64,000 nt of DNA from Myxococcota bacterium. Lineage in GTDB: Bacteria; Myxococcota_A; UBA796; SXON01. Below, one piece after another: positions 28,140 through 37,599 of the stretch; position 1 is the first letter of the stretch, and every line of letters begins with the position of its first letter. Where the stretch lies: NCBI GenBank assembly GCA_040386535.1, contig JAZKFH010000049.1:1-64000 (forward strand). The letters run 5' to 3'. A program made the translations under genes and the position numbers. The notes under the pieces are model-generated. The model saw only the letters and a program-made list of their open reading frames with translations. It was not told the DNA's origin and searched no databases.

Positions 28140-28505
28140 TCACGCTCTGCCGAGCACGACGTCCCATGCCGCGCGCGTCTCGTCCGCGTGCTCTTCCTCC
28201 TTCTCGGCGAGCCAGCGGAGCAGCGCCGCGTCGTCGCCTGCGGGCGGGGCCTCGTCGATCCGCCCGAGCGGAACCACGGTGCCATGGGGAGGCCCTTCGT
28301 CCCAATCCCATTCGACGAACAGGAACACCCGGCCCATCTTCTCGCGACGAAGCCGGTAGCCGATGCGCCCGTCGGCCATGACGGCGACGCCGATTCCGCC
28401 GTTGCGCGCGTGGATCACGTAGGCGACGCCGGCCACGATCTCCTCGGGGGGCACCCTGCGGGCGAGTAGAGGCGCGTACCGGGGATCGGAGGCGGGCTGG
28501 TCCAT
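28140..28505 (-). CDS. Hypothetical protein
   Basis: Protein-like ORF with GGAG RBS. Confidence 0.6.
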   Translation of the reverse strand: MDQPASDPRYAPLLARRVPPEEIVAGVAYVIHARNGGIGVAVMADGRIGYRLRREKMGRVFLFVEWDWDEGPPHGTVVPLGRIDEAPPAGDDAALLRWLAEKEEEHADETRAAWDVVLGRA

Positions 28506-28865
28506 TATCGCTCCACGCGGTGACAACATAACGGCGGCGTCAAGGCCGCCCAACCAGGGGCGCGCATGCCCACGCACCGAGTCCGGGCGAAATGACGCTG
28601 CCGCCAAGCCCAGGCCCCACACGATGCGATGTTTGTGCCAGAAGTGTCACTGCACTCGCTGATTTCGTTGACAGAACTGCCGCCACCCCCAGCGGCCCAG
28701 TCGATCCGACTGTCAATCAGTTTATGCTTGACACCGGCCTGATAACTGCACTTTCGTCGGTCACAAACACATGGCGGACCGGGCGTCCCGGAGGTAGGAT
28801 TCCAGCATCGCGCCCCTTGTGGCGCAACGGCTCTCTCTCTCCCCCCCAAACGTGAGGCTGTCCCC

Positions 28866-29507
28866 ATGCGCCTGAACCTGTTCGACGACTCCGACCACGG
28901 CGGCGACCCGTCCGCCTACGACTACGACGACCTCCCCAACGCCACGGTCGCCCCCGTGCGGGTCGGGACCGGCCCTGCGCTCGCGCGCCTCCTCAGTCAG
29001 GTGGGGCGCTTGGGGGAGAACGGCGGGGCCGCCGGCTTCCTCGGCAGGCTCTTCGTCCTGCGCGACCTCGAAGACGAGGCCCGTCGCGAGCTCGACGATT
29101 GGGCGGAGAGCGCGCGGCCGGGCCAGCGCGCGACGATCCTTGCGGGCGTCTACGTCGACGAGGACGGAGCCGCCCACGTGGCCGGCATCTCCGCCATGGA
29201 GACGCAGGCCCTCGCCGACGCCCTCACGCAGCTCGTGTCGGTGTGGCCGGGCCGCTACAAGATCACGCCGACCCGCTTCGACGTTGAGCTGGACGTGGGT
29301 GGCGAGGATGCCGAGGAGGAGGAGGACGAGGATCTGGATGAAGACGAGGACTTCGAGGACGAAGACGAGGACTTCGAGGAAGAGGACGAAGACGCCGAGG
29401 ACGCGGAGAGCGGCGGCGACGACGGAACCGAGGACACCGACGAGCCCGACGACGGGCAAGAGCTCGGCGCGGTCGTGAGCCTGCTAATCCTGAAGACGAG
29501 CGCCTGA
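28866..29507 (+). CDS. Highly acidic hypothetical protein
   Basis: GAGG RBS; long D/E tract then hydrophobic C-terminal tail. Confidence 0.7.
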   Translation: MRLNLFDDSDHGGDPSAYDYDDLPNATVAPVRVGTGPALARLLSQVGRLGENGGAAGFLGRLFVLRDLEDEARRELDDWAESARPGQRATILAGVYVDEDGAAHVAGISAMETQALADALTQLVSVWPGRYKITPTRFDVELDVGGEDAEEEEDEDLDEDEDFEDEDEDFEEEDEDAEDAESGGDDGTEDTDEPDDGQELGAVVSLLILKTSA

Positions 29508-29517
29508 GGGCCTCGGA

Positions 29518-31107
29518 ATGACGCGAGCTGTTGTCGGCGTGACGTTGACCGAAGCGGATCTGCGGGCGCTCCCCCCGGGCGACCGCGCGGGCTACCTCGC
29601 CGCGCTCGTGCGGATCGACGTCACGCGGCCCGGCCCCTACCCCGGGCCGCTCCCGCACGTGGCGGCGCCCGACGCTGCCGTGCGCCTCTCCGTCCCGATC
29701 GCGGGGGAGATCGTGCCGGACCTCGACCGTCGCTGCGACGGTCGACCGAGGCCCGACTACGTTCTCGGGGTCTTCAGGGCGACCGTAATGGCCGAGCGTG
29801 AACCCGTGAAGCCGCCCGTAGCTACGCGTGTAGCGGGACGCCCGAACGCACCGGCCGCTACGTACGGTGAGCCCCCCTCCGAGTGGGAGCTCGGAGGGGG
29901 CTCCCGGTCGCTCCCGCCTCCGCGCCCGCAGGCCCGCGAAAGCGGAGGGGAGCCGCTACGGTCGCCGCCGCCCGACCCGCGGGTCGCGCGGGGCTCCGCG
30001 GCGCTGCTGCCGCCCCGTCCTCTGCCCGCCCAAATGCCGGCTACGCCTGCCCGCGCCCCGGCTACGCCCGCTTCACACGTGGCTACGCCGGCTACGCGCC
30101 CGCCGGCTACGCCCGTGGCGCGCACGCCGGCTACGCCCGCTACGCGTCCGCCAGCTACACGGCCGCCGGCTACATCGGCCTCGCTCCGGCCGACCGTGAC
30201 CGCGGCGCCGGCCCCGCCCGCGCGTTCGTGGGATCTGCTGCCGCCGATTCCGCGCCCGCCTGCGCGCTCCCCGCCACCCGCCCGGCCCATGAGCAAGCCG
30301 GCACCGTTCACGAGCGCCCTCCAGGCGCTGCGCACGTCCCGGGCCGCCCCACCCGCGCCGCCCCCCTACGAGCCGCCATCGGCTCGCCCGGCCCCGGCGG
30401 CGCGCTGGCCCGCGGAGCCGTCGCGCGACCACCCACCGCCGGCAGATCCGCGAACCCCGCGGTCGACGGCGATCCCCCCGCCAACGCCCTCGCCGGGGCC
30501 GAGCTCACCCCAAGTGCCCGTGTCCGCCCAGGAGCCGAACGTGCTGATCCGCCCGCTGATCAACTCCGACCGCGCCGGCCTTGACCGCCTCCGGATCCGC
30601 TGGGAAACCGCGCGCCGCACCATCGGCGGCGACCGTACGCTCCCGTACGAGCTCCGCCTGCTGGACGGGCCGCGCGATGCGGACATCAACCTCTTGATCG
30701 CGCTGCGCGACCTGCCGCGCGGGTCGAGCGTTGGACTCCTGTTCGGCGTCGTCGATTATTCGGGGATGCCCCTCTGCCCGATGAGCCGCCTCGAAACCCA
30801 GCTCGCGTGGGAACGGATCGAGGAGACCCTCGGCCGATCCAAGCACCGCCTGCGCGTCGATCGCACGGCCTACGCGCTCAACCCGGACGTGGTTGGGGAC
30901 CGCGTGTACGTCGAGCGCCCCGCCCACGTCGAGGAGTACCTGTGGGACGACGAGCCGCTCGACGGCGAAGATGTCGAAGACGAGCAGTGGGGCGACGACA
31001 CCGATGACGACGAGGACGGCGACCTCGAAGAGGAAGGGGGGGATGAGCAGGTAGAGCCGGTGTTCGTGCTCCTCGTCGTTGTGACTTCAGTCACGACGAC
31101 AGCGTAG
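29518..31107 (+). CDS. Pro/Ala-rich hypothetical protein with acidic tract and hydrophobic tail
   Basis: 10 bp downstream of 28866..29507; ATP(A/R) repeats; ends VEPVFVLLVVVTSVTTTA. Confidence 0.65.
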   Translation: MTRAVVGVTLTEADLRALPPGDRAGYLAALVRIDVTRPGPYPGPLPHVAAPDAAVRLSVPIAGEIVPDLDRRCDGRPRPDYVLGVFRATVMAEREPVKPPVATRVAGRPNAPAATYGEPPSEWELGGGSRSLPPPRPQARESGGEPLRSPPPDPRVARGSAALLPPRPLPAQMPATPARAPATPASHVATPATRPPATPVARTPATPATRPPATRPPATSASLRPTVTAAPAPPARSWDLLPPIPRPPARSPPPARPMSKPAPFTSALQALRTSRAAPPAPPPYEPPSARPAPAARWPAEPSRDHPPPADPRTPRSTAIPPPTPSPGPSSPQVPVSAQEPNVLIRPLINSDRAGLDRLRIRWETARRTIGGDRTLPYELRLLDGPRDADINLLIALRDLPRGSSVGLLFGVVDYSGMPLCPMSRLETQLAWERIEETLGRSKHRLRVDRTAYALNPDVVGDRVYVERPAHVEEYLWDDEPLDGEDVEDEQWGDDTDDDEDGDLEEEGGDEQVEPVFVLLVVVTSVTTTA

Positions 31108-31216
31108 ACGCCACCGAGGGCGACGACCGGGACGCCGGGAGGTGATGAAAGACGAGGGCATCGGCTCCGTCGTCTTCGCCCCGCGCCGGGCGGCCTCGGG
31201 CTCACCGCAGCCGAAC

Positions 31217-32179
31217 CTACCGCTGGGCGGCGCGGACGTACCACCGCTGCCCACCGAACACGAGATCGCCATCCAGGAGAAGATGGAGCCTCGGAGGACT
31301 TGCCGGCGGCGTCTCGACCCATGCGGCGCGGATGACCTCGTAGGGGACCGGCACGTCGATCGTCGCCCGCGTGTCGTTCCATACCTGCCGCGCGGCCGCC
31401 AAGCCCAGCCCCGTGAGGAGAAGCTGAGGCAACTCCTCTTGAACGCCCGCTCGAACCTTCTCCACCTGCGGAGCGATCGTCGTTACCCATCGAACAAATG
31501 CTGTTCGAAGAACGCGGAGGTGAACGACGTCCGCGTCCACCTGCCCCAGCTCGGCGAAGGGCTCCTCGATCAAGCACGGGACTACCGATGAGCTCCCGTC
31601 CGCCGCCTGGGCGCGGATCGCCGTGCCGACGAAGACTCCGAGACGGTCGTTCGCCTCACGCCAGCCCGTGAAACGCAGCCAGTTCCTGCGGTGCGAAGAG
31701 TTCAGATCGCGCATGGCCTGCTCCCAGGGGATTTCCTCGGTGTGAGCGCCCTTGCGGATCGGCAGGCGGTACAGGCCATCCCCGACCCGGACGGCAACGG
31801 GCCCGTGGGCCCAACCGCCAATCTCGATGATCAGCACCTGCCGCGCAACCCCATCGTGGGTGCCCGCGACAACGTAGGCGTGGACCGCTCCGGACGCCGA
31901 CTGCGGCACGAGGTGCCGCTGCAACGCCTGCATTACGGTCTGGTCCGCGTGGTCGGGTACGGGCACCCCCGTGAAGCCGGCGGCGCGATCCGCGTCGTCT
32001 GCGACTCCGACCACAAGCACGCCGCCCCGATGGTTGAGGAATGCCGCAGCGTCCTTCGCGATTTCTTCTGCGCGCGGCCGCGTGCCCTTCTCCGGCCAGA
32101 ACGCGCCCTTGAAGTCGAGCGCCTCGCCTTCCGGCGCTTCGCTCCGCACCCACGCTGCCACCTGCTCCCACGTCACCAT
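31217..32179 (-). CDS. Schlafen/AlbA_2 domain protein
   Basis: EGEALDFK..EIAKDAAAFLNHRGGVLVVGVAD; the likely start is MVTWEQ at 32179. Confidence 0.85.
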   Translation of the reverse strand: MVTWEQVAAWVRSEAPEGEALDFKGAFWPEKGTRPRAEEIAKDAAAFLNHRGGVLVVGVADDADRAAGFTGVPVPDHADQTVMQALQRHLVPQSASGAVHAYVVAGTHDGVARQVLIIEIGGWAHGPVAVRVGDGLYRLPIRKGAHTEEIPWEQAMRDLNSSHRRNWLRFTGWREANDRLGVFVGTAIRAQAADGSSSVVPCLIEEPFAELGQVDADVVHLRVLRTAFVRWVTTIAPQVEKVRAGVQEELPQLLLTGLGLAAARQVWNDTRATIDVPVPYEVIRAAWVETPPASPPRLHLLLDGDLVFGGQRWYVRAAQR

Positions 32180-32427
32180 GCACACCCCGTAGCCGGGCGC
32201 CGCCGCGGCCGCCCTTCGACCTTCATCGCGGAGCGGCCTGATCCATCCCTTGGCCAGACTCGACGGCCGGCCCATCGCGAGGTTCACACCCTGGAGCGCC
32301 ACATCAACGCGCGAGGCCGCTGTGCCTTTCGTGCCGGTGAAGACGGGGTACGGGGTCGCCGGCAACCTATCGATCGCGCTCCAAAGCCGGCCGTAAACGC
32401 CCGCCGCCGTTCGCGCCGCGGCGGGAG

Positions 32428-33669
32428 TCAGCTCAAGCCGAGGACATGCCGAAAGAGCATGTCGCTCTGCCCGAAGCGGGGGTCTCCCGGTTCGTTGGGG
32501 CCTACGCCGATGCCTGTTTCGCGCCATCGGTCGAGCAAGCGGCCGAGGCTCCGGTCGAGTTGCCCGAGAGCCTCCCTGGTGGGCGGCCCCAGGACGCCGT
32601 CCTCGGGGGTCATGGGCACGTCCGTATCCTCGTCCCAGTGCGGGCTGTTGAAGGGCTTGCGTGCGCGTACGAAGCCCTGGGAGAGCACTGTCGCGCCGGT
32701 CTCGCCACCCACGCGGATGACCTTGAGTTGCACCGCGACCGTCCACTCCGCTCGATTCCGCCACAGGGTCAGGAACAGCGTCCGTCCAATCTTCACCGCG
32801 CCGTCGTGGACAGCGCGCTCCTGGCGGCGAATGCCCGCCAGCGCGGCGGCCTCGGCGCGGGAAGCCTCTCGCGCGGCTGCGTCCCGTCGCAGCGCCAGCT
32901 CCCGCGCCGCCGCCTCCGCGGCCCGTGCGGCGCGCTGTTGCGCCTCCGCCTTCGCGGCTGCGGCCTCGGCGCACGGGGCGCAGGGCATTGCACCGCCGGG
33001 CGCCGATCGATGAACCGGGAGCGGTGTCGGCGGCATCCATGTACCGTCGGATCCGGATCGAAGGATGGTCTGCGCTCGAACCTCAAGCCAGGGTAGCCCC
33101 ATCGCGGCGAGCGCAGCGGCCTTCTCGGGGTCCACCGCGTGCGTGGCGAACACCTCGACGCCACCCACGGCACGCCCGCCGCGGGAGAGTACGATGTCCG
33201 GCCGCCGTGTGCCGAGGCGCAGCTCGACCTGCACCTGATCCCAGCCCATCGGCCACGAGCGAGGCGGAAGCGGTGTCTCGCAGGAGGGGCAGACCTCGGC
33301 GAACAGCAGTTCCGTGCCCCCGACCGCGAGCTGCGCTGCGAGATGGAACTTCGCGTTGTGGTGGAGCGCGGACTCCCCCGCGGTGGTCCCGCAGCGCGAT
33401 CCCCGGTGCGCCGCGTGCGGCGCCAAGACCTCGCCCAGCTTCAGCGTCACGTGCTCACCGCACCCGGGACAAGCGCAGGCCGGTCGCTCGCTGCGGCGCA
33501 GCCCTGCAAAGTCAGTCACATGGCGCGGACGGCCATCGAGCACGACCCACTCCAGACGCGCTCGTTCACGTGACGGCTCCGTCGATCCGTCGCTCGCCAA
33601 GTCGGGCCGTCGTAGGGTTTGCAGCACCTTCCGCTCCTCACCGCCGATACGCGTCGGCGACGGCGTCAT
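32428..33669 (-). CDS. CoiA-like Zn-finger + PD-(D/E)XK nuclease
   Basis: CPGC..HAAH..ESALHHNAK, VE..RRPDI..GVEVFATH. Confidence 0.78.
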   Translation of the reverse strand: MTPSPTRIGGEERKVLQTLRRPDLASDGSTEPSRERARLEWVVLDGRPRHVTDFAGLRRSERPACACPGCGEHVTLKLGEVLAPHAAHRGSRCGTTAGESALHHNAKFHLAAQLAVGGTELLFAEVCPSCETPLPPRSWPMGWDQVQVELRLGTRRPDIVLSRGGRAVGGVEVFATHAVDPEKAAALAAMGLPWLEVRAQTILRSGSDGTWMPPTPLPVHRSAPGGAMPCAPCAEAAAAKAEAQQRAARAAEAAARELALRRDAAAREASRAEAAALAGIRRQERAVHDGAVKIGRTLFLTLWRNRAEWTVAVQLKVIRVGGETGATVLSQGFVRARKPFNSPHWDEDTDVPMTPEDGVLGPPTREALGQLDRSLGRLLDRWRETGIGVGPNEPGDPRFGQSDMLFRHVLGLS

Positions 33670-33790
33670 TCACGACGGCCCGGCGCGGGGGGCCCATTCG
33701 CGTCCAGGTTCGCTCCCGCTGGGCGTGGGCGACCGGCGGCAGCCGCGCGGTCCGCCGGCCCACCGCCGCCGGCCCGCGCGCCGGGTGGAG

Positions 33791-33847
33791 GTGGAGTTCG
33801 TGTTCGTCCTTCAGGTGGTGGTCACGCGGCTCTCAGCGATCTCGTAG
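33791..33847 (+). pseudogene. Remnant of the 3' end of a 29518..31107 paralogue
   Basis: VEFVFVLQVVVTRLSAIS* versus VEPVFVLLVVVTSVTTTA* (31051-31107), same length to the stop. Confidence 0.55.
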
Positions 33848-34054
33848 GGCGGAAAGTCCGAGCGTCGCCTGACGCCGCGTCAACGCCGCCGGGCGAAGTC
33901 CCTGGCCTGCGTGCGTGTCCCGGGTGCTCGCCCGAATCGAAGCCGGCGGACCGCCCTCGGATCAACGCGATGGCGTACGCCACGGCTCGTGGTCATGTCG
34001 CGGATCACGGGTCGGATCTTGACCCGTCAACTCGCCTCCAGTACCGTCCCTGGC

Positions 34055-36961
34055 ATGCCGACTGCTCTCCCCGCACCGTCCCTCCGCGACCAGATGACGT
34101 CCTTCGTGGACTACGTGGCGAGCTTGAAGGGCGATGAGAAGGGGGAGTCCCAACTCTACTGCAACAAGCTCTTCCAGACGTTCGGCCACGACGGGCTCAA
34201 AGAAGCCGGCGCGACGCTGGAGTTCCGGGTCCGGCGGAAAGGCGCCAAGACGAAGTTCGCGGACCTGCTCTGGCCCGGTCGCGTGCTCATCGAGATGAAG
34301 TCGCGCGGAGAGCACCTTGAGCGGCACTACCGGCAGGCGTTCGAGTATTGGCTCCACCTTGTGCCCGACCGCCCCCAGTATGTCGTGCTCTGCAACTTCG
34401 ACGAGTTCTGGATCTATGATTTCAATATCCTTCTGGAAGAGCCTGTAGACAAGGTCAAGATCGCGGATCTGCCCAGCCGGTACACGGCCCTGAACTTCCT
34501 GTTCCTGGAAGACAAGGCGCCGGTCTTCAAGCAGAACATGCTGGATGTAACCCGGGAAGCTGCCGACGCAGTCGCCGGCGTGTTCAACGCGCTGATCAAG
34601 CGGAACGTGGAGCGCACCCAGGCGCAACGCTTCGTGCTTCAGTGCGTAGTCGCAATGTTCGCCGAGGACTTCGAGTTGCTCCCAAGGGACATCTTCACCG
34701 GGTTGGTTGATGAATGCCGGTCCGGGAAGGGCAGCAGTTACGACCTTATCAGCGGGCTCTTCCGACAGATGGATACTGAGAAGGCCGCCCCGGCCGGTCG
34801 CTACAAGGGCGTCCGGCACTTCAACGGCGGGTTGTTTGCCGTCGTGGACCCGTTGGAGTTGACCACGGCCGAGTTGAAGCTGCTCGCGGTCGCTTGTTCC
34901 CATCGTTGGATCAAGGTCCACCCGGCCATCTTCGGAACCCTGTTCCAGAAGTCGATGGACAAGAACCAGCGGCACGCGCTCGGCGCGCACTTCACAAATG
35001 AAGCCGAGATCCAGAAGGTCGTTCTTCCGACCATCGTGCGCCCCTGGCGTGATCGCATCGATGAAGCCGACTCCCTCGACGCGCTCCTGAAGCTCAGGAA
35101 CGAACTCCTGAGCTACCGCGTGCTTGACCCCGCCTGTGGCTCCGGAAACTTCCTCTACGTCGCGTTCAGGGAGATCAAGCGCCTCGAACTTGATTTGCTG
35201 ACCCGCATCTTCAAGTTCAAGACGGCTGGAAAGAAGGTGCCCACGCGGCATGTGGTGAAGACCACGCAGTTCTTCGGGATGGACAAGGACCCGTTCGCCG
35301 TCGAACTGGCCAAGGTGACCCTGATTCTCGCGAAGGAACTTGCGATCAAGGAAATGGAGGACTGGACCAGAACCCTCAAGACACCGGACCTGCCCTTCGT
35401 CTATGACAAGCCGCTCCCGCTGGACAACCTCGACAAGAACATCTTTCAGGCGGACGCAGTGTTCGACGAGTGGCCCCGGGTCGAGGTCATCATCGGCAAC
35501 CCCCCGTATCAGAGCAAGAACAAGGTCCAGGACGAGTACGGGCCTGCCTACATGCACAAGGTCCGAGAGAAGTTCCCCAACACGGGCATGGCCGACTACT
35601 GTGTGTACTGGTTTCGGCGCGCTCACGACCACCTTGAGCCGGGGCAGCGCGCAGGGCTGGTTGGGACGAACACCATTCGCCAGACGAACTCCCGCGAGGC
35701 GTCGCTGGACTACATCGTGGGCAAGGGGGGCACCATCACGGAGGCCGTGTCCACGCAAGTCTGGCCCGGCGACGCCGTCGTCCACGTCTCGATTGTGAAC
35801 TGGATCAAGGGGGAGGACGACGGCGAGAAGACCCTCTGGTTTCAGCGTGGGGACAAGTCTTCGTCGCCGTTCGACAAGTTCCCGGTGGACAAGATCAACT
35901 CGGCGTTGTCCCTTGGGCCTGACCTGAGCAAGGCCAAGCCGCTCACGGCCAATCAGGTCCCCAAGACCGGGTATCAGGGTCAGACGCCGGGGAACGACGG
36001 CTATCTTCTGACCCCGGAGGAAGCCGCTGCGGCCGTGAAGAAGCATGCTGCCGCACATGAAATCCTGTTCCCGTACCTCATCGGCGACGAGATGCTATCC
36101 ACGGCCAGCGGGCAGCCGTCCCGCTTCGTAATCGATTTGCACCCGCGCACTCTCTTTCAAGCGCGGGAGTACAAGTCCCTGTACCCGCGCCTTGAGACGG
36201 TTGTTCTCCCTGCGCGCGAGAAGGCGGCTGCCAAGGAAGCGAAGAAGAACAAACCGCTTCTCGACGAGAACCCGAAGGCGAAGGTAAACAGACACCATGC
36301 GGCGTTCCTGAAGAAGTGGTGGTTGCTGTCGTACGCGCGCGCCGACCTGCTCCGGAGGTTGGCGACCATTCCGCGCTACATCGCGTGCTCCCGCGTCACG
36401 CGTCGGCCGATCTTCGTGTTCGTGGACGCCAGCATTCACCCCAGCGATGCGTTGGGGGTCTTCATCCTTCCGGACGACTACTCGTTCGGCATCCTTCAAA
36501 GCACACTGCACTTCCTCTGGTTTGCCGGTCGCTGCTCCACGTTCAAGGCGGACTGGCGTTACACGTCCACGACCGTTTGGGACTCGTTCCCCTGGCCGCA
36601 GAACCCGACCCTCGCGCAGGTGAAGGCTGTCGCAGCCGCTGCCATTGAACTGCGGCAGGCGCGGCAGGAGCAGATGGACGAGCGCGACGTGGGACTTCGG
36701 GAGGTGTACCGCGCGCTTGCGCTGCCCGGCGCAAGCGAGGTTAAGGATGCGCAGGCCGAGCTCGATGCGGCCGTTCGCGCCTGCTACGGCTTTGGGAAGA
36801 AGGACGACGGGTTGGAGAAGCTCAAGGCGCTCAACGAGGAGCTTGCCGCCCTGGAGAAGGCCAAGGCCGAGATCGTGGGCCCGGGCCTCCCTCCGTGTGT
36901 CACCGCGAAGGATGCGGCGAAGCTGGTCTCGGACGACTGCATTCAGCCCATCGAGGTGTAG
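34055..36961 (+). CDS. Type IIG/IIL (MmeI-like) restriction-modification enzyme (endonuclease + N6-adenine MTase + TRD)
   Basis: FADLLWPGRVLIEMK, FNGGLF, GAHFT, LDPACGSGNFL, IIGNPPY, C-terminal RYTSTTVWDSFPWP. Confidence 0.92.
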   Translation: MPTALPAPSLRDQMTSFVDYVASLKGDEKGESQLYCNKLFQTFGHDGLKEAGATLEFRVRRKGAKTKFADLLWPGRVLIEMKSRGEHLERHYRQAFEYWLHLVPDRPQYVVLCNFDEFWIYDFNILLEEPVDKVKIADLPSRYTALNFLFLEDKAPVFKQNMLDVTREAADAVAGVFNALIKRNVERTQAQRFVLQCVVAMFAEDFELLPRDIFTGLVDECRSGKGSSYDLISGLFRQMDTEKAAPAGRYKGVRHFNGGLFAVVDPLELTTAELKLLAVACSHRWIKVHPAIFGTLFQKSMDKNQRHALGAHFTNEAEIQKVVLPTIVRPWRDRIDEADSLDALLKLRNELLSYRVLDPACGSGNFLYVAFREIKRLELDLLTRIFKFKTAGKKVPTRHVVKTTQFFGMDKDPFAVELAKVTLILAKELAIKEMEDWTRTLKTPDLPFVYDKPLPLDNLDKNIFQADAVFDEWPRVEVIIGNPPYQSKNKVQDEYGPAYMHKVREKFPNTGMADYCVYWFRRAHDHLEPGQRAGLVGTNTIRQTNSREASLDYIVGKGGTITEAVSTQVWPGDAVVHVSIVNWIKGEDDGEKTLWFQRGDKSSSPFDKFPVDKINSALSLGPDLSKAKPLTANQVPKTGYQGQTPGNDGYLLTPEEAAAAVKKHAAAHEILFPYLIGDEMLSTASGQPSRFVIDLHPRTLFQAREYKSLYPRLETVVLPAREKAAAKEAKKNKPLLDENPKAKVNRHHAAFLKKWWLLSYARADLLRRLATIPRYIACSRVTRRPIFVFVDASIHPSDALGVFILPDDYSFGILQSTLHFLWFAGRCSTFKADWRYTSTTVWDSFPWPQNPTLAQVKAVAAAAIELRQARQEQMDERDVGLREVYRALALPGASEVKDAQAELDAAVRACYGFGKKDDGLEKLKALNEELAALEKAKAEIVGPGLPPCVTAKDAAKLVSDDCIQPIEV

Positions 36962-36963
36962 GG

Positions 36964-37599
36964 TTAGGTGTCCCGCCAGTCGGGCATGTTCGCGTAGTAG
37001 TTCTCGTTCCGGTTGCTCACGCTTTCGAACATCTGGCAGTACACGCCATCGAAGAAGTTCGCGATGCCCTCCATCGAGTCGTGGAACTGCCGCAGGTTGA
37101 GGACACGGGGCACCCGCTCCAAGGGCCGGTCCCCACCCTTGCTGGTCGGGTAGCGGAAGGTGAACGAGTCCGGGTCGTAGGTGACAAACTCAGCGATGAT
37201 GGCGTCGGCGCCCGCGAGCGCATCGCTGTCCTCGGCGGAGCCGGAAGCCTTCTCGATCAGGGGACGCAGTTCCTTCCAGTAGTCGGCGATGAAATGGTGG
37301 AGCTTGAGCGGCTTCTCTGGAAGCTCGTGGTAGTCCCGTGCCAACGGGATCAGGGACTTCATCTCCAACTCGATGAAGTGCCGCCAGTTGAACAGGTACG
37401 GGTACACAAGAACATCGTTCAGCCCGCCGGACTCGATGTTCTTGAGGATGGTCGCGGCAGCCTCCCGGAAAGCCCACGCCATGACGTGGAGGGGCGGCCG
37501 GCCATCAACCCACGCGTTCGTCCGCACTGTGCCGCGCTCCGCCATCCGGAACGCGGTCATGCCTGCCTTCGGCCACTTCATCGGTCCGTCGTTATCCAT
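36964..37599 (-). CDS. HEPN-like helical protein
   Basis: YPYLFNWRHFIELEMK...H...DPDSFTFRYP. Confidence 0.6.
   Translation of the reverse strand: MDNDGPMKWPKAGMTAFRMAERGTVRTNAWVDGRPPLHVMAWAFREAAATILKNIESGGLNDVLVYPYLFNWRHFIELEMKSLIPLARDYHELPEKPLKLHHFIADYWKELRPLIEKASGSAEDSDALAGADAIIAEFVTYDPDSFTFRYPTSKGGDRPLERVPRVLNLRQFHDSMEGIANFFDGVYCQMFESVSNRNENYYANMPDWRDT

Noticed and set aside
32180..33040. N-terminal extension making AlbA_2 a 607-aa protein
   Set aside because: It overlaps the CoiA-like gene in another frame and is low complexity; the domain begins at MVTWEQ (32179)
33962..36058. 698-aa ORF on the - strand
   Set aside because: Antisense shadow of the type IIG R-M gene
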